Counted from the first letter of the stretch, positions 9,701-17,392 are shown. The stretch: 29,032 nucleotides of DNA from Opitutales bacterium (GCA_049599475.1 JBMYOQ010000058.1:1-29032), one strand, 5' to 3'. Program-made: numbers and translations. Notes: generated by a model not told the origin, from the letters alone.

Positions 9701-9828
9701 GTCAGGTCTGGCAATACATCAACCGGGAGGTCCCGCGCGGTCTGAATTCCCATCACAACCAACAACGCGGCCCCGAGTAACACTAACCCTCGACTACCCA
9801 GAGAGGATTTTATGAGCCAAGCAATCAT
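6712..9828 (-). CDS. Heavy-metal efflux RND permease (CusA/CzcA family)
   Basis: 1038 aa; LPVDVLPDL, APEEVETLVTLPLE, TM4 AIGMVVDDAIIDVEN, TM11 ERLVPVLMTA; 4-bp overlap with the adaptor gene. Confidence 0.95.
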   Translation of the reverse strand: MIAWLIKSSLGSRGLVLLGAALLVVMGIQTARDLPVDVLPDLTKPTVTLMTEVPGLAPEEVETLVTLPLENTLMGVSGLTRIRSISDVALSLIYIEFDWGADIYQARQFVQERLQAVEELPGEAVPFMTPVSSLMGEIMLVGLYPKEGSKVEPVDVRTWADWTVKRRLQSIPGVAEVLSMGGGVQQIHVQPDPERMQALGIHLDAISQAVGNVSRNTSGGFMVNSPQEIMVRNLSMTTEISAFRSAVVGQNGDRIVTLDDVADVVWGIEPPRGDAAVNGQPGVIVSVVKAPGFDTLELTRQLEAALEELQKNAPEGVKVQTLFRQASFIETSISNLEHSLRDGAIMVLIVLALFLLNVRTTFITLTAIPLSFSIAFIVFSLMGVGVNSMTLGGLAVAIGMVVDDAIIDVENVFRRLRENAAKERPRPRFEVIARASFDVRNAIFYATVFIILVFIPLLALSGLEGRLFTPIAVATMVSMAASFLVSVTIIPVLCSVLLHPREGTVHRDGFFVRGLKGLFKKTWLKLALDAPWVVLIIAAISVSLGATLFAHMGKDFLPSFREETVLVALTTAPGTSLKETNAVSDVASRLLRAIPEVKTIGRRVGRAEHGDHVVPVSTAEFDIVLELGERPRAVVLEEIRESLRTIPGTFSAIGGPLADRIGHMLSGVSAKVAIKVFGEDLDEIRRVGLAIQEQAKAIPGLETARVEQQASIPQVRIEVDRDRAKAYGLTAGEVNAQLAVLMGGQAVSEVYEGVRTIEVLVRLADEWRERPDRLRRLPIHSPSGQTVFLEDIARLNQAAGPNVIKRENGVRRFVVSINPSRDDISGMVALLQERVAQNVSVPKGVFLSWEGEFLAQKEASQRIYVWSVLVLLIMTALLYGYFKSAQFTLQVLCDIPLALGGGICLTWALLNNINIATLVGMIALAGIAVRNSLMLLTHYLHLMRHEGETFSREMIERGTLERLVPVLMTALSAGIALIPFVIAGHEPGKEILSPVAIMITGGMVSSTSLGLGVTPALFYLLGKGASNTSLERDSIASQ

Positions 9829-10961
9829 TGCACGTCTCCTTCATCCGAACGTCGACCGCGACTCCACAAGGTAACGATTAAGAGAAGTCCCAATACGGCA
9901 CTCAGGATTATGAAAAAAGTAAGCATTGGCCCCGCATGTGATTCGCTATGACCATGCTCAACCTGCGCGGCTTTCTTCGCTGCGGCCCGCTGCTCAGGAG
10001 TCATCTCCGATCCATCTTCATTGTGCTCGTGTCCGTGTGCGGCATCTAAAGCTTCTTTTAGCGAAAGGCTACTCCCACCAGCAAAGCGAAGTGCATATGC
10101 ACCCTGAGTGACCACTTCGTCTCCAGGAAATAGGCCTGTTTCGACTTCGATAAATGCCCCTTCGCGCAAGCCCGTTTTCACGGGAACACGCTCGTAGGCA
10201 TGAGGTAATTTGTAGGACTCGACAAATACAAACACCTGGCCCTGGTCTCGCTGAACCGATTCCACCGGAACCGTCAAGACACTCTTGGCTTCACCTACCA
10301 CAACCTCAAATTCCGCGCGCATTCCGGGACGCATTGAAAAGTCCATATTATCCAATACAAAATAGGCGGCGACAGCGTTATGCTCTCGATGCGCTCGCGT
10401 ACCAAAGCGCAACAGTTCAGCTTCGACCCCACTTTTGGCAATGGCTGGTATCTGAAGTATCGCTCGAGTCTGCCCTGCCACTGTCTTACCAGCCCAGGAT
10501 TCCGGAATGTCGGCGATTGCGTAAACAGAGGAAAGGTCTGCGATTTCGAAGAGTGCCTGCTCTACGGTCACAGGTTCTCCGATACGCGTAAAATGCTCTA
10601 TCACCAAACCCGACCTCGGAGCATAGATCGAAATCTGCGGTGGCGGACTGCCGGGTTGAAAGGTCTCAATCGTCGCCAGCAAATCTCCTTTCTCCACAGG
10701 ATCACCCGCGAAGGCGTGCTGCTCGAGGACACGGCCGGCAACCCGAGTGGATACCATTGAGACGTTTTGTGGAATAGCCTCAATCTGGCCGAGAGCGAAG
10801 GCCGTCGGGCGCAGGTCGCGGTGAACCACCGTCTGCGTCTCCACGCCGAGATTACTTGCGGCATCCTTCGAGAGAATGATCGGCTTATGATCAGCCGCCC
10901 AGGAGGTGTGTGTAAGACAAAGTAAGGTAAGGATGGAAAATATGTGGGTAGACGCCTTCAT
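9825..10961 (-). CDS. RND periplasmic adaptor (CusB/CzcB-like MFP), atypical
   Basis: Lipoyl halves VSTRVAGRV...GDPVEKGDLL and IYAPRSGLV, MRPGMRAEF, VPVESV, GLFPGDEVVTQGA; His-rich tail and C-terminal hydrophobic helix. Confidence 0.92.
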   Translation of the reverse strand: MKASTHIFSILTLLCLTHTSWAADHKPIILSKDAASNLGVETQTVVHRDLRPTAFALGQIEAIPQNVSMVSTRVAGRVLEQHAFAGDPVEKGDLLATIETFQPGSPPPQISIYAPRSGLVIEHFTRIGEPVTVEQALFEIADLSSVYAIADIPESWAGKTVAGQTRAILQIPAIAKSGVEAELLRFGTRAHREHNAVAAYFVLDNMDFSMRPGMRAEFEVVVGEAKSVLTVPVESVQRDQGQVFVFVESYKLPHAYERVPVKTGLREGAFIEVETGLFPGDEVVTQGAYALRFAGGSSLSLKEALDAAHGHEHNEDGSEMTPEQRAAAKKAAQVEHGHSESHAGPMLTFFIILSAVLGLLLIVTLWSRGRRSDEGDVQ

Positions 10962-12259
10962 AGCTCAGAATTCGTACTGATGATTGATTGAATTTTTGGG
11001 AGATCACCTCCGGACAAAAAGCGCAGGTGATTGAGCGACGCGAGCCACTCGGCGCGGGCGATCTCGGCCTCCCGTTTCAGGCCTGCCCGCTCGATTTGAA
11101 GATCGAACAACTCCGTGGGCTGAAGTTCTGCGCGCGCAAGCAAGGTCTGGGCAGTTGCGATCTGTTGATCCAGTTCCGGTATCAAGGTTTCCTGGACAAT
11201 CAGCCATGCCTTCTCCTCGTTTTCCGAAGCATGACCCGCATGCGACCATTCATGCCGGATGACTTGCTCCACAGCAGCCTCCTTCAGCTGTGCCGCCCGT
11301 TTCTCCGCACGTTCGGCACGCAGTGCACCCCGCTGAGGATCTTGAAAGGGTAAATTGATAGAGATTCCAACTCCCGCGAAAGTCTCATTTTCAAAACCAA
11401 CCGGAACATCTTCCGATCGGTCTCGTTCTAGGAAAACTCGCAGAGTCACCGAATCCCAGGTCGCACTATGCAATGCAACAAGCCGAGCAGCGCTGCGCGT
11501 TTGAGCGAGCCTTGCGATTCGCGTCTCGGGCCGAATATCGAGGATAGCCTCGATATTTGCCCCCACAAATAACGACTCTGGATCCGGCAGAGCCGTTGGA
11601 TCGATCGATACCTTGTCTTCTGGGGGGAGTCCCAAAAGCAAGCCTAGCTCGTGCTCCGCCTCCTCGATGCTAGAGAAAAGACTATTAATCTCCAGGCTGA
11701 GCGCGCCGAGCTGCCGTTGGTAGGCCCACACTGCGGTCTGAGCAATCTCTCCTTTCTGCACATACCCGTTGAGCTGATCGATCACTTGAGTGACCACCGC
11801 ACGCTGACTATCAAGCGCGGCCGATTCGCGATAAAGACGGTAAAGATCGAGCACATGTTCACGGACCTCATGGACCATTTTCCAGGCTTGAAGCATCCAC
11901 TCTGCACGCGCCAATTCCACGTCGATACGCCCGACCTCCCGAAGCTTTGAAAGGCGACCCGCCAGGGGAAACTCTTGCTCTAGCTGGACCAAGAACGAGC
12001 GTTCACCACTCCCTGAGAGCAGCTCCCCATCGCTAACTTGCGCAGTTAGGCGCGGGTTGCTCCACAGTGAGCCTTGCTCGGCCAGCCCGGCAGCTCGCTC
12101 GATTTGAAGCCAGGCTGCCTGTAGCTCTAGATTATGAGTGATTGCGTAGTGCACCGCAGAATCCGGATCCCACAACTGCTGGGACGGATTCTGATCTGGG
12201 TCGGCCCAGAGTTGATGGATAAGTGCACTCGCAAATAGAAATGCTTTGGTTCGATTCAT
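10958..12259 (-). CDS. TolC/CzcC family outer membrane efflux protein
   Basis: AITHNLELQAA, NPRL, LEQEFPLAGR, GVGISINLPF and coiled-coil character; 4-bp overlap with the adaptor. Start taken at ATG 12259; the ORF is open to 12310. Confidence 0.9.
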   Translation of the reverse strand: MNRTKAFLFASALIHQLWADPDQNPSQQLWDPDSAVHYAITHNLELQAAWLQIERAAGLAEQGSLWSNPRLTAQVSDGELLSGSGERSFLVQLEQEFPLAGRLSKLREVGRIDVELARAEWMLQAWKMVHEVREHVLDLYRLYRESAALDSQRAVVTQVIDQLNGYVQKGEIAQTAVWAYQRQLGALSLEINSLFSSIEEAEHELGLLLGLPPEDKVSIDPTALPDPESLFVGANIEAILDIRPETRIARLAQTRSAARLVALHSATWDSVTLRVFLERDRSEDVPVGFENETFAGVGISINLPFQDPQRGALRAERAEKRAAQLKEAAVEQVIRHEWSHAGHASENEEKAWLIVQETLIPELDQQIATAQTLLARAELQPTELFDLQIERAGLKREAEIARAEWLASLNHLRFLSGGDLPKIQSIISTNSEL

Positions 12260-12357
12260 TGAAATTGAGAAGTAAGATCTCCCGGTCCTCAAAGACCTGG
12301 AGAATTTCATTACTCCGCAGCAATCCGCCGCGGAAACACGTCAGATCACGTGTCTTC

Positions 12358-12789
12358 TCAAATCAGCATTTTCTGCACAGCGAGGTATCGGGGCGCACTC
12401 GGCCTACTCTCGCTCAAAGCCAAGGTATGTTCCTTAGGCGGAAATGCGTTTTTGAATCTATCAACACTCAGAGGTGCTGAAAACGTGCAGTATATAGGCG
12501 ATTCCAATAAGCGTTCGACTAACTGAATACTCAATTCGCCCAAAGCTTTCTGTACGAAATAGTCCTGTTCTATACCAGAGATACTCCAATCCGAGCATTC
12601 ATCAGAGCCCAGTACTTCGCTGTCGCACGAATCGACCTCGCAAGGAGTGGTTTCGCAAGGCTCCGAACCGATTTCAACATGTACAAAGCCCGAATCTTCA
12701 ACGCAGATAACCAGTCCGCCGGACTGACCAAACGCGAGGGTCACAGCCGTCAGGCATAAGATAATAAACTGGGCGATCGAAGTCTTCAT
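12358..12789 (-). CDS. Cys-rich exported hypothetical protein heading the metal-efflux operon (CzcI-like position)
   Basis: ATG 12789 gives the signal peptide MKTSIAQFIILCLTAVTLAFG, then LVICVEDSGFVHVE and an acidic Cys-rich stretch CETTPCEVDSCDSE...ECSD. Confidence 0.7.
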   Translation of the reverse strand: MKTSIAQFIILCLTAVTLAFGQSGGLVICVEDSGFVHVEIGSEPCETTPCEVDSCDSEVLGSDECSDWSISGIEQDYFVQKALGELSIQLVERLLESPIYCTFSAPLSVDRFKNAFPPKEHTLALSESRPSAPRYLAVQKMLI

Positions 12790-12950
12790 AAACTCTGTGC
12801 ACAGGAATATTTTCCTGGGTGCCATAAGTCGGTAGTTCGGGATATTGCTTGAATTGCACGTTTTTTCAAGAACCGATCCCTGGATTAAGTAACGACTTTT
12901 TCTTGTGCCCTTAACATATGCAGGCATTCTGCCGCCCTTACGCGTGTATC

Positions 12951-14753
12951 ATGGAATGGGAAATCATATTCGTTTTCGGCCTGTTGGTCGCGACTTTGGT
13001 GACATTCGTCTGGGAAAAATTCCCGACGGACCTCACCGCTATGAGCGCGTTTGCCATTCTCATGGGCGTCAGCGCCTTCACGGGATCTGAGCGCTTACCG
13101 ACGACTCAGGAGAGTCTCACGGTCTTTGCGGAAGGCGCCCCCCTGACGATTGCCTTCATGTTTATCCTGAGTGCTGCCCTGGAGCGATGCGGGGCGATTG
13201 ACCAACTTGCCCGGATTCTCAAACCCATCGCACGCCTCGGATACACCCCCTTTCTCTTTGTTTTGGTTTTCATCGTCGGGGCCCTTTCAGCCTTCGTGAA
13301 CAATACTCCAGTTGTCGTCGTCCTCTTGCCGGTAATCATGACGCTCTCGAAGGAAATCGGCGTGGTCCCTTCGAAACTCCTCATTCCTCTATCCTACGCT
13401 TCGATTTTTGGCGGCACCTGCTCGCTGATGGGCACGAGCACAAATATTTTGGCCAGTAGCATTATGGAGTCCTCTGGCCTGGATCCGCTTTCAATGTTTG
13501 AGATCGGACGAGTCGGACTTCCATTACTCTTCGCAGGAGCCATCTACTTAGTCGTGGTGGGCAAAAAGCTCCTCCCTAAGCGAGAAATGCTGACTTCGAT
13601 CCTTTCCGACGACGAACGCCGTGAATACATCACGGAAGCTTTCATTCCTCGTTGGTCCAATCTCGACGGCGTCTCCATCGCAGATTCGGGTCTTCTAAGA
13701 AAGCGTGGCATGCGCCTATTGGAAGTCATTCGCCACGGTATCGCCGAGAAGACGTCGAACAAAAATTTCGTTTTGGAAGGGGGCGACCGCCTCATCCTAG
13801 CAGTCCGCCCTACCGGCGTCGCAGAGGCCCGCGATATCAAGGGCATGGAGCTGTTTGCAGATGCCGAATCGGGAGTGGAGGAAATCGCTTCAGACGAGGG
13901 CTCTATCGTAGAAGGAGTGATCGCGCCCAATTCTTCGGTTGTCGGAAAGACAGTACGCGAAATTAATTTCCGCCAGCGCTTCCGGATGGTCGTGATGGCT
14001 GTGCACCGCCACGGGCAAAACGTGCGCGAGAAGATCGACACCCTGCCCCTAGCCTTCGGCGATACTCTATTGATGATGGGGACCGATCAGGCCATCGAGA
14101 ATTTGCGCCGCAGTGAAGATATATTGCTCTTAGATAAGCCTCGGGTACCGAACCAGTCTTCCGCGGGTTATTTGCCTTGGGTGATCGGAACCGTTATCGC
14201 GGTCGTCGCCTTGGCGACCTTCAATGTGCTTCCGATTGTTTTAAGTACACTGATCGGCTGCTGTGTGTTGCTCCTTTCTGGCGTGATAGACCCAAAAGAT
14301 GGCTACAAGGCAATCGATTGGAGTATTCTCGCCCTCATTTTTGGAATGCTCGGAATTGGTCAGGCTATGGAAACTTCTGGAGCCACGGCCCTGATCTCGG
14401 ACTGGATTACCGCGATGGATATGCATCCGTGGCTTCTTCTTTTCGTAGTCTACGCGATCACCTCCATATTTACCGAAACGCTGTCGAACAACGCCACCGT
14501 AGTGGTGATGGCCCCACTCGCAATCGCTATAGCCGAGGGCATCGGGGTCGATCCACGCCCCTTCCTGATCGCGACATGCGTGGCCTCCAGCGCAAGTTTT
14601 TCGACACCGATTGGCTATCAAACAAATACCTACGTCTACTCCGTCGGCGGGTATCGTTTCTCAGACTTTGCGAAAGTAGGAATTCCGCTAAATCTACTCT
14701 ACCTCGTGGTAACATGTAGCCTCGTGCCCCTCTTCTGGCCATTTAATCCATAG
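12951..14753 (+). CDS. SLC13/DASS family permease with two TrkA-C (RCK_C) domains (Na+/sulfate or di/tricarboxylate transporter)
   Basis: SAFVNNTPVV, LLIPLSYASIFGG, GTSTNILA, soluble central repeats, ETLSNNAT, TPIGYQTN. Start taken at ATG 12951. Confidence 0.93.
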   Translation: MEWEIIFVFGLLVATLVTFVWEKFPTDLTAMSAFAILMGVSAFTGSERLPTTQESLTVFAEGAPLTIAFMFILSAALERCGAIDQLARILKPIARLGYTPFLFVLVFIVGALSAFVNNTPVVVVLLPVIMTLSKEIGVVPSKLLIPLSYASIFGGTCSLMGTSTNILASSIMESSGLDPLSMFEIGRVGLPLLFAGAIYLVVVGKKLLPKREMLTSILSDDERREYITEAFIPRWSNLDGVSIADSGLLRKRGMRLLEVIRHGIAEKTSNKNFVLEGGDRLILAVRPTGVAEARDIKGMELFADAESGVEEIASDEGSIVEGVIAPNSSVVGKTVREINFRQRFRMVVMAVHRHGQNVREKIDTLPLAFGDTLLMMGTDQAIENLRRSEDILLLDKPRVPNQSSAGYLPWVIGTVIAVVALATFNVLPIVLSTLIGCCVLLLSGVIDPKDGYKAIDWSILALIFGMLGIGQAMETSGATALISDWITAMDMHPWLLLFVVYAITSIFTETLSNNATVVVMAPLAIAIAEGIGVDPRPFLIATCVASSASFSTPIGYQTNTYVYSVGGYRFSDFAKVGIPLNLLYLVVTCSLVPLFWPFNP

Positions 14754-14811
14754 AAGGCACGATCAACAGCATCTCCACATTTTAGATGTGACTCGAATGC
14801 TGTGGCTTGCC

Positions 14812-15058
14812 TAGACGGCTCACCCGATCACTCCTGTCCTTCGAATATGTTTATTGATCAGAAGAAACGATAGCGCTTTTGGAGAAACCATATAGTTCTA
14901 CTTTGTTAAATCGATAACCAACTTTCTTTTAACCACTAATGAGCACGAATAAACACGAATACGACGCCGTCGTATGGAGAATTCGTGTAAATCCGTGTTC
15001 ATTCGTGGTTCCTCTAATGGGCTTGGCAAACTCCAAATTGTCATTCCAAACCAATTAA
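14812..15058. repeat. 247-bp dispersed repeat, copy A (inverted relative to 23268-23514)
   Basis: Core 14896-15058 aligns without gaps to the reverse complement of 23268-23430 with about 18 mismatches in 163 bp (hand count). The flank 14812-14895 is more diverged. It contains a palindrome of 10-bp NNNCACGAAT units. Confidence 0.95.
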
Positions 15059-15104
15059 CGAAGTCGGCATAGGACAGGTCACACGGCCACATTTTTCTCT
15101 AGAC

Positions 15105-15138
15105 AAAAAAAAGGGCCGTGGCTTGCGCCACGACCCTT
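15105..15138 (-). terminator. Rho-independent terminator of the 15177-15614 gene
   Basis: Minus strand reads aagggtcgtggc-GCAA-gccacggccc followed by T8. Confidence 0.9.
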
Positions 15139-15176
15139 GAATCTCCTCCAACTAATCTCTCTCTATGAAAAAGTCT

Positions 15177-15614
15177 TTAGCCCCGCGTGGTGCGGTGGTA
15201 ACCGCTGCGAATTGAGTTTTCTACCTCGTTGAGCATTTGAAAGTTTATGAGGTCTAGCGCCACAGACTGGATTGAGTGGCGGAAGCGACCTTCGGGCAGT
15301 GTTGAAATGCATGCCCATACGCGAAATTCATCGATTAGATCTGCGGGAACCGACTCCACATCGGAAGCGATAATCACGGTGATCACTCCTGAACCCCTAG
15401 CATCACTCATTACCTTTCGTGCCTCTTCGAGAGTCACACCATCCATATCGACAAGACATGCGACCGGGCGGCTCGGAGCATTCTCGAAACGAACTCCTTC
15501 TTTGGGATCAAAGCGCTTGAGGTGAACACGAGTTCCAAGACAGCGACGTAGGGCATTCCCTACGGACCCAGCACATTCTGGGTGGATTGAGGCAAGGTAA
15601 AACTGTGAAATCAT
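15177..15614 (-). CDS. Small hypothetical protein, possible degenerate single-domain receiver (CheY-like)
   Basis: Alternating beta/alpha pattern with ACLVDMDG and TVIIAS; has its own terminator and an AT-rich upstream region. Start is ATG 15614 or TTG 15626. Confidence 0.55.
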   Translation of the reverse strand: MISQFYLASIHPECAGSVGNALRRCLGTRVHLKRFDPKEGVRFENAPSRPVACLVDMDGVTLEEARKVMSDARGSGVITVIIASDVESVPADLIDEFRVWACISTLPEGRFRHSIQSVALDLINFQMLNEVENSIRSGYHRTTRG

Positions 15615-15838
15615 GGAGCGGGGCAAGGGTTTGGGGAACTTATTCTTACATCATTATATCGGTGCTAAGATTACTAAATATAATTAGTTTTAACCGTTTT
15701 TCTGTTCTTTTTCCGTATTAACAAACAATTTACCCAGAATCACAAAAACCCACTGATAAAGAGGCCTAGAGGGTAAAAAACGTGCAAAAACCCGCCAAAT
15801 TAGAGCAAGATTTTTAAATTTGAGAGAGTGCCGAGTGC

Positions 15839-17392
15839 TTAAGCCTGCTCAGCCTCAAGAGTGGTATCCCAGAGACGGTCGCCTGAGGCATTATAATGAG
15901 CGACTGTCATCGCCTGAGTTTCTCCATCAATTTTTATGTGCCCAAAAAATTGATACGGATCCGCGGGAGATCGGTTCGGGGCTAAATCATCAGGAATACC
16001 CTTAAATTTGAGCTCAGGCCCAAAAGTACCGTCCATATCATTGGGCCCGAAAGTGCCCGCATGCAGGGGACCACTCACGAACTCCCAGAAGGGTTTGAAG
16101 TCTTTGAAACCTGCTTTTTCGGGGTTATAGTAGTTGGAGCAGCAGTAATGAACGTCAGCTGTGATGAAGTGAACATTGTGAATGGACTCACGAGCAATGA
16201 ATTGGAAAAGACGCGCGAGTTCCATTTCGCGCCCTTTAGGCGAGGCATCATCGCGGTTCGCCCCATTCTCATAAAGATCCTGTCCCCATTCAGCGACCAC
16301 GATTCCAATCGGCATATCGCTACAAATCATTTTCCAAGTCGCCTTGGACTTCTTGAGCTCACGTTTCAGCCATTGGAGTTGGTCTTCGCCTAAAAACGCC
16401 GTATCCGGCCCAGGCTCTTCCTGACGGTTGGAAGTATTCACGCCTCGATAGGAGCGTAGATCTATAAAAAAGAGGTCTAGCAAGGGACCACGGGAGATTT
16501 TGCGATAGATTCTTTCAGGATCCGCTAAATGTGGCGCGATCGGATTACATTCAAAGAAAGCACGACGGGCACGCTCTGCGAGCACTGACACCCGACGCTC
16601 CGTGTAGCGATCATCCTCAAGGATTTCTCCCGGATACCAGTTATTGGTAACCTCATGATCATCCCATTGATTATAGACAGGTACCGTCGCGTGAAAGTCG
16701 CGGACGTGCTTATCCATGAGATTATACTTAAAATTGTCACGGAAATCCTGAGTCGATTCCGCCACGCGGGTTTTCGCTTCGATCAAAGTATTTTTCCAGA
16801 GAGTCCCATCGTCGAGTGTGACCTCAGATTTCATGGGACCGTCCGCGTAGATAAGATCACCAGAATGAACAAAGAAGTCGGGCTTGAGCGCAGCCATGGA
16901 TGCATAGGCTCGCATGCCTCCACGATTTTCATCGATCCCCCACCCCTGGCCTGCGGTATCGCCGCTCCAGCAGAAGGACACATCAGAATGATCATTCTTT
17001 GGCGTGGCGAATTGCCCTTCAGTGGGTTCACTCCAAATCGAAAGGTCGTCAAAGCTCTGAAACCTTACTTTATAATACACGACCGCTCCTTCAGGAAGCC
17101 CATGAAGGAAGGCTTTGGAACAGTAGTCATTATCCCCCATCGCCGCAGTCCCGTGAAATTGGCCAATTTTGATTTTATGCTCAGAGTCGGCAAAGAGATC
17201 TACACGCATGCGAGAGGGTCGATTACTTCTCGCCCAAATCACAGCTTTAGAAAATTCAACATCCCCACTCAAGACGCCATGTGTAACCAGCGGACGTGCC
17301 TGAGATGGCGTCACAATTGCAGGAAGGTGCGATACACTCCCGAGAGAAACTACACCCAAAGTTGAATTCCAAATAAAGCGCCGACGATCCAT
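15839..17392 (-). CDS. phoD: Alkaline phosphatase D family protein, Tat-exported
   Basis: MDRRRFI twin-arginine leader; HGVLSGD, SGDLIYAD, WDDHEVTNNW, DLRSYR, TADVHY, WEFVSGPL. Confidence 0.95.
   Translation of the reverse strand: MDRRRFIWNSTLGVVSLGSVSHLPAIVTPSQARPLVTHGVLSGDVEFSKAVIWARSNRPSRMRVDLFADSEHKIKIGQFHGTAAMGDNDYCSKAFLHGLPEGAVVYYKVRFQSFDDLSIWSEPTEGQFATPKNDHSDVSFCWSGDTAGQGWGIDENRGGMRAYASMAALKPDFFVHSGDLIYADGPMKSEVTLDDGTLWKNTLIEAKTRVAESTQDFRDNFKYNLMDKHVRDFHATVPVYNQWDDHEVTNNWYPGEILEDDRYTERRVSVLAERARRAFFECNPIAPHLADPERIYRKISRGPLLDLFFIDLRSYRGVNTSNRQEEPGPDTAFLGEDQLQWLKRELKKSKATWKMICSDMPIGIVVAEWGQDLYENGANRDDASPKGREMELARLFQFIARESIHNVHFITADVHYCCSNYYNPEKAGFKDFKPFWEFVSGPLHAGTFGPNDMDGTFGPELKFKGIPDDLAPNRSPADPYQFFGHIKIDGETQAMTVAHYNASGDRLWDTTLEAEQA

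Noticed and set aside
6712..9828. Assigning czcA or cusA and a specific metal
   Set aside because: The family is clear, but TM4 does not match CzcA and I could not verify the CusA Met triad.
14931..15010. Short repeated units as a CRISPR array
   Set aside because: The units are 10 bp, adjacent and inverted, with no spacers and no cas genes.
14898..15092. 64-aa ORF as a full gene
   Set aside because: The upstream extension is interrupted by a stop in copy B (MTIWSSPSL*). Only the last 34 codons are shared, and these are reported as a finding.
16655..17365. 236-aa plus-strand ORF, and the many other 60-180 aa ORFs overlapping called genes
   Set aside because: They are antisense or out-of-frame shadows of well-supported genes and have no recognisable motifs.
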